Positions 47,605 through 56,434 of a DNA stretch of 64,000 nucleotides are shown here, piece by piece. The stretch spans positions 3,434-67,433 of the forward strand of contig CAYMBN010000005.1 in assembly GCA_964388715.1 (NCBI GenBank). Direction: 5' to 3'. The position numbers and the translations under genes are program-made. The stretch is from an uncultured Methanosarcinales archaeon. Its GTDB lineage: Archaea; Nanobdellota; Nanobdellia; Woesearchaeales; CAYMBN01. The first letter of the stretch is position 1; each line of letters opens with the position of its first letter. Under the pieces are notes generated by a model. That model saw nothing but the letters and a program-made list of their open reading frames with translations, did not search any database and was not told the DNA's origin.

Positions 47605-48627
47605 ATGAAACTTTTGAACAAGAGTGAAAAAGGTTTAGAAAAAAGGGATAGAAAACTTATTCTCTCTGTAATTCTTATAGCAACACTACTAATCACAGCT
47701 TGTGGCCAAATAGGAGATACTGGTGATTCCACAAGAGTAGAAGGTGCTGAAAGAGGTGGTGGCATTATTGCTGAAAAGGTTTACACAGGTACACAAGGAT
47801 TAACAATGAACTTCTTAGAAAATACTCCTCCTGATTTTATATATGAAGATGATAAAATGACTGTAGGTGTTGAAGTACGTAATTTAGGTGCACGTAAAAT
47901 TGAAAGCGAAAGTGATGGTTACCTTTACTTAAGCGGTTTTGATCAAAAATTATTTGGAGACCATAAACCAGATGGAGAAAGTTTAAGGGGTTTAGAACCA
48001 AAATCCGAATTTAATCCAGAAGGTGGATATACAGTGCGAACATTCACACTTGGTGAAGCAATACTTCCAAAAGGTGTAGATGTATATCCAGCCAAAATGA
48101 GAGTTACTTTGTGTTATAATTATCAAACAATTGCAAACCCAATTGTTTGTGTTGATCCAACAATATATGATCCAACCATTGTAAGAGCAAGTGAATGCCA
48201 AATGGGACAAGTTAATGTTGGTAATGGTCAAGGTGCACCTGTTGCTGTAACAGCTGTACAAGAAAAAATGGTTGGAAAGGATAAAGTACTATTCACAATC
48301 CAAATAAGCAATGTTGGTGAAGGAACAGTATTATTAAATCAAGGAGATTGCCAACCAGGTGCAAAAATAGATAGAGAAGATTTAAACAAATTACATGTTG
48401 ATTTTATTAGGTTCAAAGGAGTTAATATTAGGGATAATTGTGAACCAATTAAAAATATGGAAACAAAATATGAATTAAGATTAACAGATGGAACAGCAAC
48501 ATTATATTGTAATGCTGATATCGCACGAGATACATCTGCTTACACAACCCCATTAGAAATTGGATTAGGATATGCTTATACTAATTATATTGAAAAACAG
48601 GTAGAAGTAAGAAATTTACCTGAATAA
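47605..48627 (+). CDS. Hypothetical lipoprotein (paralog 2)
   Basis: Lipobox LITAC; GTQGLTMNF; CYNYQT...VC; GQGAPVAVT; LGYAY. Confidence 0.7.
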   Translation: MKLLNKSEKGLEKRDRKLILSVILIATLLITACGQIGDTGDSTRVEGAERGGGIIAEKVYTGTQGLTMNFLENTPPDFIYEDDKMTVGVEVRNLGARKIESESDGYLYLSGFDQKLFGDHKPDGESLRGLEPKSEFNPEGGYTVRTFTLGEAILPKGVDVYPAKMRVTLCYNYQTIANPIVCVDPTIYDPTIVRASECQMGQVNVGNGQGAPVAVTAVQEKMVGKDKVLFTIQISNVGEGTVLLNQGDCQPGAKIDREDLNKLHVDFIRFKGVNIRDNCEPIKNMETKYELRLTDGTATLYCNADIARDTSAYTTPLEIGLGYAYTNYIEKQVEVRNLPE

Positions 48628-48645
48628 AAAGGAGGGTAATTTAAA

Positions 48646-49683
48646 ATGGTAAACAAAAAATTAACAATTGTTTTAACATTATTTGTATTAATTATGTTCT
48701 TAGCAGGATGTGATGGTAGTAGAGAACCAAGCGGAGATACTAGTACAAGTACTGCTTCTGGTGGACAAGGAAGATCTTTTATTGGGGGAGATGAAGGAAT
48801 TGATGTAAGATTTATGACAGGCGCACCTCCAAGAGAAGTATATGATACAGATTATTCATTTGGCATCAATGTAAGATTAGAAAATGTTGGTGAATGGGAT
48901 ATAAAAGATGCTGATGAAGATGGTAATGTTGACGCAAGAATGAAAGTTACAGGTATTGATCCATCTGACTTTGGTAAAACAAGTTCTGATTTAATTAAAT
49001 ATAGTTCAGATGAATTAATTGGTGCACATCTTGATTCAGAAGATAATGAAATTGATGGAGTAATCACAAACATAGATTTCCAAGATTTAAAATATTCAGG
49101 AGAAGTAACAGGACAAGTTGAATTCATTGTAAGAGCAGATCTCTGTTATGAATATGGTACAAAAATTAACTCAAAAGTATGTATATTAAAAGATTTAATT
49201 GGAAAAACAAGAAAAAGCGGAGAAGACCCATTCTGTGAACCTACTGAAGATAAAACAAGATTAACAGAAAATAGTGGAGCTCCTGTACATGTAACATCAT
49301 TTAAACAAAGTGTAATGGGAACAGACAAAATTTCTGTAAGATTTGACATTGAACATGTAGGAGAAGGTTATATCTACAAATCTAACACAGACTGTCAACC
49401 AACATTAGAAGATAAAAATAAAATAAAAGTAATAGTAGATGCAGGTTTACAAGATATAACATGTAGTGGATTACAAAATGGTGCTCAAGCCACCGACAAG
49501 GAGAGTTATAGCGGAGACATTAAATTACATGGTGATCAAGGAAGTGAAATAAACACAATCCTTTGTACAATTCCCTTACCAGCTGATGGTAGAGAAGACT
49601 ATGAAAAACAAATTACAATAACATTAAAATATGCATACGAAGACTTTATAGACCAGCCATTATTAGTTAAACATACTGAATAA
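48646..49683 (+). CDS. Hypothetical lipoprotein (paralog 3)
   Basis: Lipobox FLAGC; GDEGIDVRF; CYEYGT...VC; SGAPVHVT; LKYAY. Confidence 0.7.
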   Translation: MVNKKLTIVLTLFVLIMFLAGCDGSREPSGDTSTSTASGGQGRSFIGGDEGIDVRFMTGAPPREVYDTDYSFGINVRLENVGEWDIKDADEDGNVDARMKVTGIDPSDFGKTSSDLIKYSSDELIGAHLDSEDNEIDGVITNIDFQDLKYSGEVTGQVEFIVRADLCYEYGTKINSKVCILKDLIGKTRKSGEDPFCEPTEDKTRLTENSGAPVHVTSFKQSVMGTDKISVRFDIEHVGEGYIYKSNTDCQPTLEDKNKIKVIVDAGLQDITCSGLQNGAQATDKESYSGDIKLHGDQGSEINTILCTIPLPADGREDYEKQITITLKYAYEDFIDQPLLVKHTE

Positions 49684-49753
49684 ACTCTTTCTTTCTTTTT
49701 TATTATTTTACTATCACTAAATATATAAATAAGTAAATATTTCTTATACCAAC

Positions 49754-50710
49754 ATGGAAAACACTATATGGACTGAAAAATACAGACCAAAAACATTCAC
49801 AGAAGTAAAAGGACAAAAAGATATAGTGAAAAGGGTTAAAGCTTTTGTTGAACAAAAAAACATGCCCCACCTTATGTTTGCAGGTCCAGCTGGTGTTGGT
49901 AAATCAACATTAGCAATAGTAATTGCAAAAAAGCTATTTGGTAGCACATGGCACAATAATTTTGTTGAGTTAAATGCTTCTGATGAACGTGGCATTGATG
50001 TTATTCGAATAAAAGTTAAAGATTTTGCAAGAACAAAAGCAATAGGAGATGTTCCTTTTAAAATTATTTTTCTTGATGAATGTGATGCCTTAACACGAGA
50101 AGCTCAACAAGCATTACGTAGAACAATGGAAAATTATACTCAAACATGTAGATTTATTTTATCATGTAATTATTCCTCAAAAATAATTGATCCAATACAA
50201 TCACGATGTGCTGTATTTAGATTTAAGTTATTAGATAAAAAAGAAATAAGATCTATTACTGAACATATTGCTAAAGAAGAAAAACTAAAAATAGATGAAC
50301 AAGCTGTTGAAGCACTCTATCAAGTTTCTGATGGAGATTGTAGAAGAGTAGAAAATATATTACAAAGTTGTGCTGCTATGGGTAAACACATTACAGAAGA
50401 ACTTGTTTATTCAATGGCATCTGTTGCACAACCAAAAGAAGTTAAAAATGTTCTTGAATTAGCACTAGAAAACAAATTTGTTGAGTCACGTAACAAATTA
50501 CTTGATACAATGCTCAATTATGGTTTAAGTGGAATTGACATAATAAAACAAATTCAAAAAGAAGTATGGAATCTCAAAATTGACAATAAAAAGAAAGTAT
50601 ATTTAATTGATAAATGTGGCGAGATCGAATTTAGAATGACAGAAGGTAGTGATGAATTTGTTCAATTAGAAGCATTATTAGCACAAGTTGTTCTAGCTGG
50701 TTCTCAATAA
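49754..50710 (+). CDS. rfcS: Replication factor C small subunit
   Basis: WTEKYRP, GPAGVGKS, ELNASDERG, LDECD, SRC; no intein. Confidence 0.97.
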   Translation: MENTIWTEKYRPKTFTEVKGQKDIVKRVKAFVEQKNMPHLMFAGPAGVGKSTLAIVIAKKLFGSTWHNNFVELNASDERGIDVIRIKVKDFARTKAIGDVPFKIIFLDECDALTREAQQALRRTMENYTQTCRFILSCNYSSKIIDPIQSRCAVFRFKLLDKKEIRSITEHIAKEEKLKIDEQAVEALYQVSDGDCRRVENILQSCAAMGKHITEELVYSMASVAQPKEVKNVLELALENKFVESRNKLLDTMLNYGLSGIDIIKQIQKEVWNLKIDNKKKVYLIDKCGEIEFRMTEGSDEFVQLEALLAQVVLAGSQ

Positions 50711-50734
50711 AAATTATTAATAAAAAAATAAAAA

Positions 50735-50998
50735 TTAAACAATATCTTCTTCTGCAATAACCATAAAGTCTCCCATTGCTATTACAGCACTAAAAGGAAT
50801 CAATATATGTCCTTGTTTATCCTTTTCTAATTCAAGCTTTTCTGTGTAAGATGTTGGATTAGTAATTACTAAATGTATTAACTCACCAGAACGTGTTTCA
50901 AAAATAATATCACCAACTTCACCAAATCTTTTTCCTGTTTTGCTAACAACTACTCTTCCTAGTAATTCTCTTGCAAGTTTTTTTTCATCATCTGCCAT
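50735..50998 (-). CDS. PRC-barrel protein (CdpB-like)
   Basis: LLGRVVVSKTGKRFGEVGDIIFE..SG, IPFSAV..GD. Confidence 0.8.
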   Translation of the reverse strand: MADDEKKLARELLGRVVVSKTGKRFGEVGDIIFETRSGELIHLVITNPTSYTEKLELEKDKQGHILIPFSAVIAMGDFMVIAEEDIV

Positions 50999-51070
50999 AG
51001 TAAAACCCCTCTTTAAATTATATGTTTATAGAGAATATATTTATATTTAAATCTTTTGTTTTTAAGAGAA

Positions 51071-51931
51071 TTATTTGATGTCCTTAATTGGGGACAGATT
51101 ATCAATCTTTTCTTTCAATAATCTGTCGTCATAGCAAATCTCTTTTAATCCACAGACATTACATTTATTTTCATTAGCACAAAAGTCAGGTAAATCATGT
51201 GATAACAAAAGAGTATGCACTCTTTGCGTAGTTTCTTTTATTTCATCTTTAAGTGCAGGATTAATTATTACTTCACGTTTTTCATCTGTATCAAGATAAT
51301 GTACATAACCTTTGTTTAGCTCAAGATTAAATTTTTCATTTAACATCATAACATAAGCACCAATTTGAATTCTATGTGAAGGCCAAACACCTTCTTTAGG
51401 TATTTTACCTGTCTTTAATTCCACAGGCACACATTTATCAGGAAAAACTTCTAAACGATCAATAATCCCTCTAAGTTGTAATTCTTCTGACTGTACTGAA
51501 ACCTCTGACTTTATTTTAGGAACAAGCACTTCCCAAAGTTTATCACCAAAAATATCGTGTTTCAATATTGCATTATGAATATTAATTGCTCTCATTTTAG
51601 CTTCTCTAATAAAGTAAGGCCATGTTTTATTAAATGCATCAATTAAGGGAAGCTTTACTCTTCTTAATGCTGATTTATTTGCAATAATTGTATTACGTAA
51701 CAATCCAGAATATTTTTGAGTATAAATCCTTTCAATTTGTTCATAAGCAAGTTTAGTTTTAATTGATGTTACAATAAATTGTTCAATCTTATTTATATTA
51801 TCATAAGTTTGATGTCTTATTGAACCTTTAACAAGTGCTTCCTTTGGAATTTCAACCAATCTGAGAACTCTTTCCAAAAAGATCTTTCTCTTACAATAAA
51901 TATAAGCTGATAATAAGGTAACTGCTATCAT
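51071..51931 (-). CDS. cas4: Stand-alone Cas4-like PD-(D/E)xK nuclease with Fe-S cysteines
   Basis: YIYCKRK, G...H, GIIDRL, ELKTG, QIGAY, CNVCGLKEIC. Confidence 0.85.
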   Translation of the reverse strand: MIAVTLLSAYIYCKRKIFLERVLRLVEIPKEALVKGSIRHQTYDNINKIEQFIVTSIKTKLAYEQIERIYTQKYSGLLRNTIIANKSALRRVKLPLIDAFNKTWPYFIREAKMRAINIHNAILKHDIFGDKLWEVLVPKIKSEVSVQSEELQLRGIIDRLEVFPDKCVPVELKTGKIPKEGVWPSHRIQIGAYVMMLNEKFNLELNKGYVHYLDTDEKREVIINPALKDEIKETTQRVHTLLLSHDLPDFCANENKCNVCGLKEICYDDRLLKEKIDNLSPIKDIK

Positions 51932-51986
51932 AAAAACAATATAATTTTTTGATTTATTTATATTTTTAGTTAAAATATAGAAAAGT

Positions 51987-52037
51987 TTTAAAAATTTGAA
52001 TAATTTTTAAACCGTTTGGAAATTTTTAATTTCCAAA
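51987..52037. repeat. Two adjacent inverted repeats upstream of the tyrS TATA box
   Basis: TTTAAAAATT-tgaat-AATTTTTAAA, then CCG, then TTTGGAAATT-ttt-AATTTCCAAA; TTTATAAATA at 52041. Confidence 0.8.
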
Positions 52038-52084
52038 ACTTTTATAAATATCAACACTCAAAATACCATTAAAAGGTGATATTA

Positions 52085-53161
52085 ATGGATACTCAAGAAA
52101 GATTTAATCTCATAAAACAGGTTGGAGAGGAAATTATAACAGAAAAAGATTTAAAAGAACTTCTTGAAACTAAGGCACATCCTATTGCTTATGATGGTTT
52201 TGAACCTTCTGGACAGATTCATATTGCACAAGGTATTCTAAGAGCTATTAATGTTAACAAAATGATCAAAGCAGGTGTTAAGTTTAAAATGCTTAGTGCT
52301 AACTGGCATGCTTGGGCAAATAGAAAATTTGGAGGAGATTTAGATAAAATAAGGATAGCAGGTAAATACCTTATTGAAGTTTGGAAACAATGTGGTATGA
52401 AACTTGACAAAGTAGAATTTGTATGGGATGATGATATTAAAGGAGATCCTGATTATTGGAAAGAAATTATGAAATCTGCAACATCAACAACAATAAAAAG
52501 AGTATTAAGATGTTCACAAATAATGGGAAGAAAAGAAAGTGAAACACAGTATTCCTCACAAATCATTTATCCATTAATGCAATTAAATGATATATTTAGA
52601 CTAAAATGTGACATAACCCAACTTGGAATGGATCAAAGAAAAGTAAATATGTTAGCAAGGGAAATGGGTCCACAATTAGGTTATTGGAAACCCGTTGTAG
52701 TAAGTCACCATATGTTAATGGGATTAGGTAAACCAAGTTCACAGGCAAAAGATGCTGTTGAAAAAGCAATTGACCTTAAAATGTCAAAATCTAAACCAGA
52801 CACAGCTATATTTATGACTGATTCAAAAGAGGATGTTAAGAGAAAAATCAATAAGGCATACTGTCCTGAAAAAATTGTTGAAGAAAATCCAATTATGGAT
52901 TATTGTAAACATATTATCTTTGAAAAGTTTCCTATCTTGGAAATCAAACGGCCAACTAAATTCGGCGGTGATTTAAATATTGAAGGTTACGAACAACTTA
53001 CAAAAGTTTATTCAAAAGGAGACCTTCATCCAATGGACTTAAAACAGAGTGTTGCAGAAAATATTAACCAACTGATTGAACCAGTGAGAAAACATTTTGA
53101 AAAAAATAGTAAAGCAAAAAAATTACTTGAACAAGTTAAAAGTTTCAAAGTTGTAAGATAA
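52085..53161 (+). CDS. tyrS: Tyrosine--tRNA ligase
   Basis: YDGFEPSG, HIAQ, YPLMQ..D, GMDQRK, KMSKS; ATG at 52085 follows AGGTGA. Confidence 0.96.
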   Translation: MDTQERFNLIKQVGEEIITEKDLKELLETKAHPIAYDGFEPSGQIHIAQGILRAINVNKMIKAGVKFKMLSANWHAWANRKFGGDLDKIRIAGKYLIEVWKQCGMKLDKVEFVWDDDIKGDPDYWKEIMKSATSTTIKRVLRCSQIMGRKESETQYSSQIIYPLMQLNDIFRLKCDITQLGMDQRKVNMLAREMGPQLGYWKPVVVSHHMLMGLGKPSSQAKDAVEKAIDLKMSKSKPDTAIFMTDSKEDVKRKINKAYCPEKIVEENPIMDYCKHIIFEKFPILEIKRPTKFGGDLNIEGYEQLTKVYSKGDLHPMDLKQSVAENINQLIEPVRKHFEKNSKAKKLLEQVKSFKVVR

Positions 53162-53162
53162 A

Positions 53163-54521
53163 ATGTTCAACAAAATCAACTCTATTCTTAAAAAAGAGTC
53201 AAAAGTAAAGTATTGGGAATATAGACAAGAAAACACACAAACTAATTCTGTTTCAGCATGGAATAATCATATCAAAGATTTAAATTATGGAAACAAAATT
53301 AGTTATTCGATAAGAATTTTATATGGGAATGCCTGGGGTTTTGTTTATAGTGATAAAGAAGATATAAAACAAATCACAAAAAAAGCATTAAACATAGCAA
53401 AAGCTCTTGATAAAGAAACCAAAATTAAAAAAAATATAACTGAATATAAAACAATAAAAGACAACAAAAAATCATTACTCAAAATAAATCCTTCAAATAT
53501 AGGAATAGAAGAAAAAAGAAATTTAGTCCTAAACCTATCAAAGCCTCAAAATAAAAAAATAAAAAGTGCATTGATAAGTTATAGTGATACAAACAAGAAA
53601 ATTATTTTTATTAATTCGGAAGGCTCAGAAATAAAACAAGAATTAATTTACACATTGTGTGGGGCACAAATAACTGCAAAAGATTCAACAATTGAAGAAT
53701 ATTCAAAAAGAATAGGGGCACAAAAAGGATATGAATTAACAAAACAATTACCAGAAGCAGTTGAATTTGCATCAAAAAAAGCAATTGATCTACTCAAAGC
53801 AAGTGTGCCAAAAGGAGGAATTTTTCCAGTAATATGTGATTCTGTTCTAACAGACGTTTTTATTCATGAAGCATTAGGTCATGCAGCAGAAGCAGATCAT
53901 GTAATAACAAAAAACAGTTGCCTTTATAATTTAGAAAAAAAGAAAATTGCAAATGATATTGTAAATGTTTATGATGATCCCACTCAAAAATATGGTTGGG
54001 GCAGTTTTTTTTACGATGATGAAGGTATTAAAACACAAAGAACACAACTAATTAAACAAGGATATCTTACTAGTTTTATGCATAGTAGGGAAACAGCTGC
54101 TTTAATGAACAAAAAACCAACTGGAAATGCAAGAGCACAAAGTGCAGCTCATATTCCATTAGTAAGGATGAGCAATACATATATACAAAAAGGGGACCAT
54201 AACAAAGAAGAAATGTTTAAGAAAATTAAAAATGGCTTTTACCTTATTGGAAGTAAAGGTGGACAAGTTGATCCTACAAAAGGTAATTTTCATTTTAATG
54301 CAGAGGAAGGATTTGTAATTAAAAATGGAAAATTAAAAGAACAACTAAAAAGTGTATCATTGTCAGGAAATACGCTTAAGATATTAAAAAATATACAAGC
54401 AATTTCTAATAAATATGAACCAGGTATGCCTGGTTATTGTGGAAAGGGTGGACAAAGTGTACATGCATTAGGGCATTGTCCATGTATTTTAATAAAAAAT
54501 GCTATTGTTGGTGGAAAATGA
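53163..54521 (+). CDS. tldD: TldD metalloprotease subunit
   Basis: HEALGH, YDDEG, GNARA, RMSNTY, GGQVD, CGKGGQ. Confidence 0.92.
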   Translation: MFNKINSILKKESKVKYWEYRQENTQTNSVSAWNNHIKDLNYGNKISYSIRILYGNAWGFVYSDKEDIKQITKKALNIAKALDKETKIKKNITEYKTIKDNKKSLLKINPSNIGIEEKRNLVLNLSKPQNKKIKSALISYSDTNKKIIFINSEGSEIKQELIYTLCGAQITAKDSTIEEYSKRIGAQKGYELTKQLPEAVEFASKKAIDLLKASVPKGGIFPVICDSVLTDVFIHEALGHAAEADHVITKNSCLYNLEKKKIANDIVNVYDDPTQKYGWGSFFYDDEGIKTQRTQLIKQGYLTSFMHSRETAALMNKKPTGNARAQSAAHIPLVRMSNTYIQKGDHNKEEMFKKIKNGFYLIGSKGGQVDPTKGNFHFNAEEGFVIKNGKLKEQLKSVSLSGNTLKILKNIQAISNKYEPGMPGYCGKGGQSVHALGHCPCILIKNAIVGGK

Positions 54522-55753
54522 TTAAGTATTTAGATAAAAATACAGATCATTATCAAGTAAATTATATTCAAACCCAACAAAAATCAATAAAAGTTAAAGA
54601 CAATAACATTGACAGCTTTGATCAAGGTAAAAAAGAATTATGTATTATTAAAGTTTGGATAAATGGAAAACAAGGCTTTGCTTATTCTAATGCTCTTAAC
54701 AAAAAAACAATTACTCAAGCAATTAAAATTGCCAAAATTAATAAAAAAAAAGAGTATTTTTATGGTCTTCCAACTAAACAAAAATATCAAAAACCTGAAT
54801 TTGATAAAAAAATTTCAAATCTCACTATCAATAATTTAATAAAATATTCCAAACAACTCATTAAAGAGTCTAAATCTAATATTACTAAATTAAATCAACT
54901 AAAAATTTCAGCAAATACAATAAACACACAAATAATAAATTCTAATGGTATTAACTGTAAAGATAAAAGTACAGAATTATCCCTTTCCCTATTAATTACA
55001 GCAAGAAAAAATAACAAAGTCTCCACTTATTGGGATTCAAAAGAGGAAAAATTTTTATTTAACATAAATGGATTAGGAGAACATACAAAAAACAAAGCAA
55101 TTGAATTCTTAAATGAAAAACAACTAAAAACAAAACCAAAAATAATTATATTTAAACCAGAACCTTTATCAGAACTATTAATGTACGGGTTAATAAGTAA
55201 TTTCAATGGGAAAAACGCTGAAAAACATAAATCATTATTCTCAGATAAGCTTGGAAAAATGATTTGTAACAAAAACATCTCTTTATTTGACAATGGAATC
55301 CTAAAAAAAGGAATTAGTTCAGCAAAAACAGATTATGAAGGAACACCTATGAAAAACACATGTTTAATTAAAAATGGAATATTAAACAATTTTATTTATG
55401 ATCATAACACTGCAATACACAATAATACCAAATCAACAGGTAATGCAACAGAAGATTCAATTGGATTCACAAATATTATGTTAGAAGCACCTTATTCAAA
55501 AGTAAAAGAAGCATTAATTGTTGAAAGTATTATTGGTGCACACACATGCAATTCCCTAACAACAGACTTTTCAGTTAAAATGGAACAAGGTTATCATTAT
55601 AAAAATAATCAAAAAACACCTGTTAAAGGAGTTATGTTATCAGGAAAAGTAATCAATATTTTAAACAACATTATTTCAATGGATAAAAGAATTATACAAA
55701 AAAATGGAGTTTATGCTGGTTCTATTGCTTGTTCTGGAGTAAATATAATTTAA
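54518..55753 (+). CDS. pmbA: TldE/PmbA subunit (compact, divergent)
   Basis: G.QGFAY, DYEGTP, LIKNG, STGNA, DFS; no HExxH; ATGA overlap with tldD. Confidence 0.8.
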   Translation: MIKYLDKNTDHYQVNYIQTQQKSIKVKDNNIDSFDQGKKELCIIKVWINGKQGFAYSNALNKKTITQAIKIAKINKKKEYFYGLPTKQKYQKPEFDKKISNLTINNLIKYSKQLIKESKSNITKLNQLKISANTINTQIINSNGINCKDKSTELSLSLLITARKNNKVSTYWDSKEEKFLFNINGLGEHTKNKAIEFLNEKQLKTKPKIIIFKPEPLSELLMYGLISNFNGKNAEKHKSLFSDKLGKMICNKNISLFDNGILKKGISSAKTDYEGTPMKNTCLIKNGILNNFIYDHNTAIHNNTKSTGNATEDSIGFTNIMLEAPYSKVKEALIVESIIGAHTCNSLTTDFSVKMEQGYHYKNNQKTPVKGVMLSGKVINILNNIISMDKRIIQKNGVYAGSIACSGVNII

Positions 55754-55765
55754 ACTTCTCCACAC

Positions 55766-55856
55766 ATTACATATTAAGTAATTAAATAATAAACAATTAA
55801 CTTATTTTTCTTCTAAAAATAAGCAATATTTATAAATGATTATTACATATTAAGTA
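55766..55856. promoter_or_regulatory. 15-bp direct repeat flanking a TATA box
   Basis: ATTACATATTAAGTA at 55766-55780 and 55842-55856; TTTATAAA at about 55829. Confidence 0.6.
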
Positions 55857-55891
55857 TTTACCAATAATTTTTAAGTATTGAGGAAGTAAAA

Positions 55892-56434
55892 CTGAAAACC
55901 AGCAGAAAAAGAGGTAAAAATACAAATAATTTAGATAGAACTCCTTCTCTTTCAGAAAAACAACTTCTAAAAACAATCCATTACTTTGTGGATATATTAA
56001 AAAGTGATTTTGATTATTCATATGAAAAAATTCTTTCATCAATCAATCGAAAAGAAATATTAATTCCACTAAAAGTATTCAAAACAAAACTAAGTCCTGC
56101 TGAATCACTTGTTAAATACTTAAAAGAAAATTGTAATCTAAAATTATCACAAATTGCAGCATTGACTAATAGAGATCAAAGAGGAATCTGGCTCACATAT
56201 AATAATTCAGTGAAAAAACATAAACAATTATTTATTATTCAAAATCCAAAATACCTAATCCCAATTTCTATTTTTTCAAATCGTAAACTAAGCATTCTTG
56301 AAAATTTAGTATTTTACTTAATCAAAACTTATAATCTCACAATCAAACAAATTACTGAATTACTTACTAAAAAATCTAGCACTATTTGGAGTATTAAGAA
56401 TAGAATTAAAACAAAATTAAAAACAAATGAATAA
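55892..56434 (+). CDS. Tandem helix-turn-helix protein (start at CTG 55892 or GTG 55988)
   Basis: Two internal repeats IP..(V/I)F...LS..E.LV.YL...NL...QI..L......IW; the frame is open from 55868. Confidence 0.7.
   Translation: MKTSRKRGKNTNNLDRTPSLSEKQLLKTIHYFVDILKSDFDYSYEKILSSINRKEILIPLKVFKTKLSPAESLVKYLKENCNLKLSQIAALTNRDQRGIWLTYNNSVKKHKQLFIIQNPKYLIPISIFSNRKLSILENLVFYLIKTYNLTIKQITELLTKKSSTIWSIKNRIKTKLKTNE

Noticed and set aside
49754..50710. Intein in rfcS or in the RtcB-like gene (common insertion sites)
   Set aside because: Lengths are normal and no splice-junction or LAGLIDADG motifs are seen.
51071..52075. CRISPR-Cas locus suggested by cas4
   Set aside because: No repeat-spacer array and no other cas genes are visible in the window.
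54437..54517. Cys/Trp-rich N-terminus of the TldE ORF as a possible RiPP-like peptide
   Set aside because: It is an off-frame reading of the conserved tldD 3' end; the ATGA overlap gives a start at 54518.
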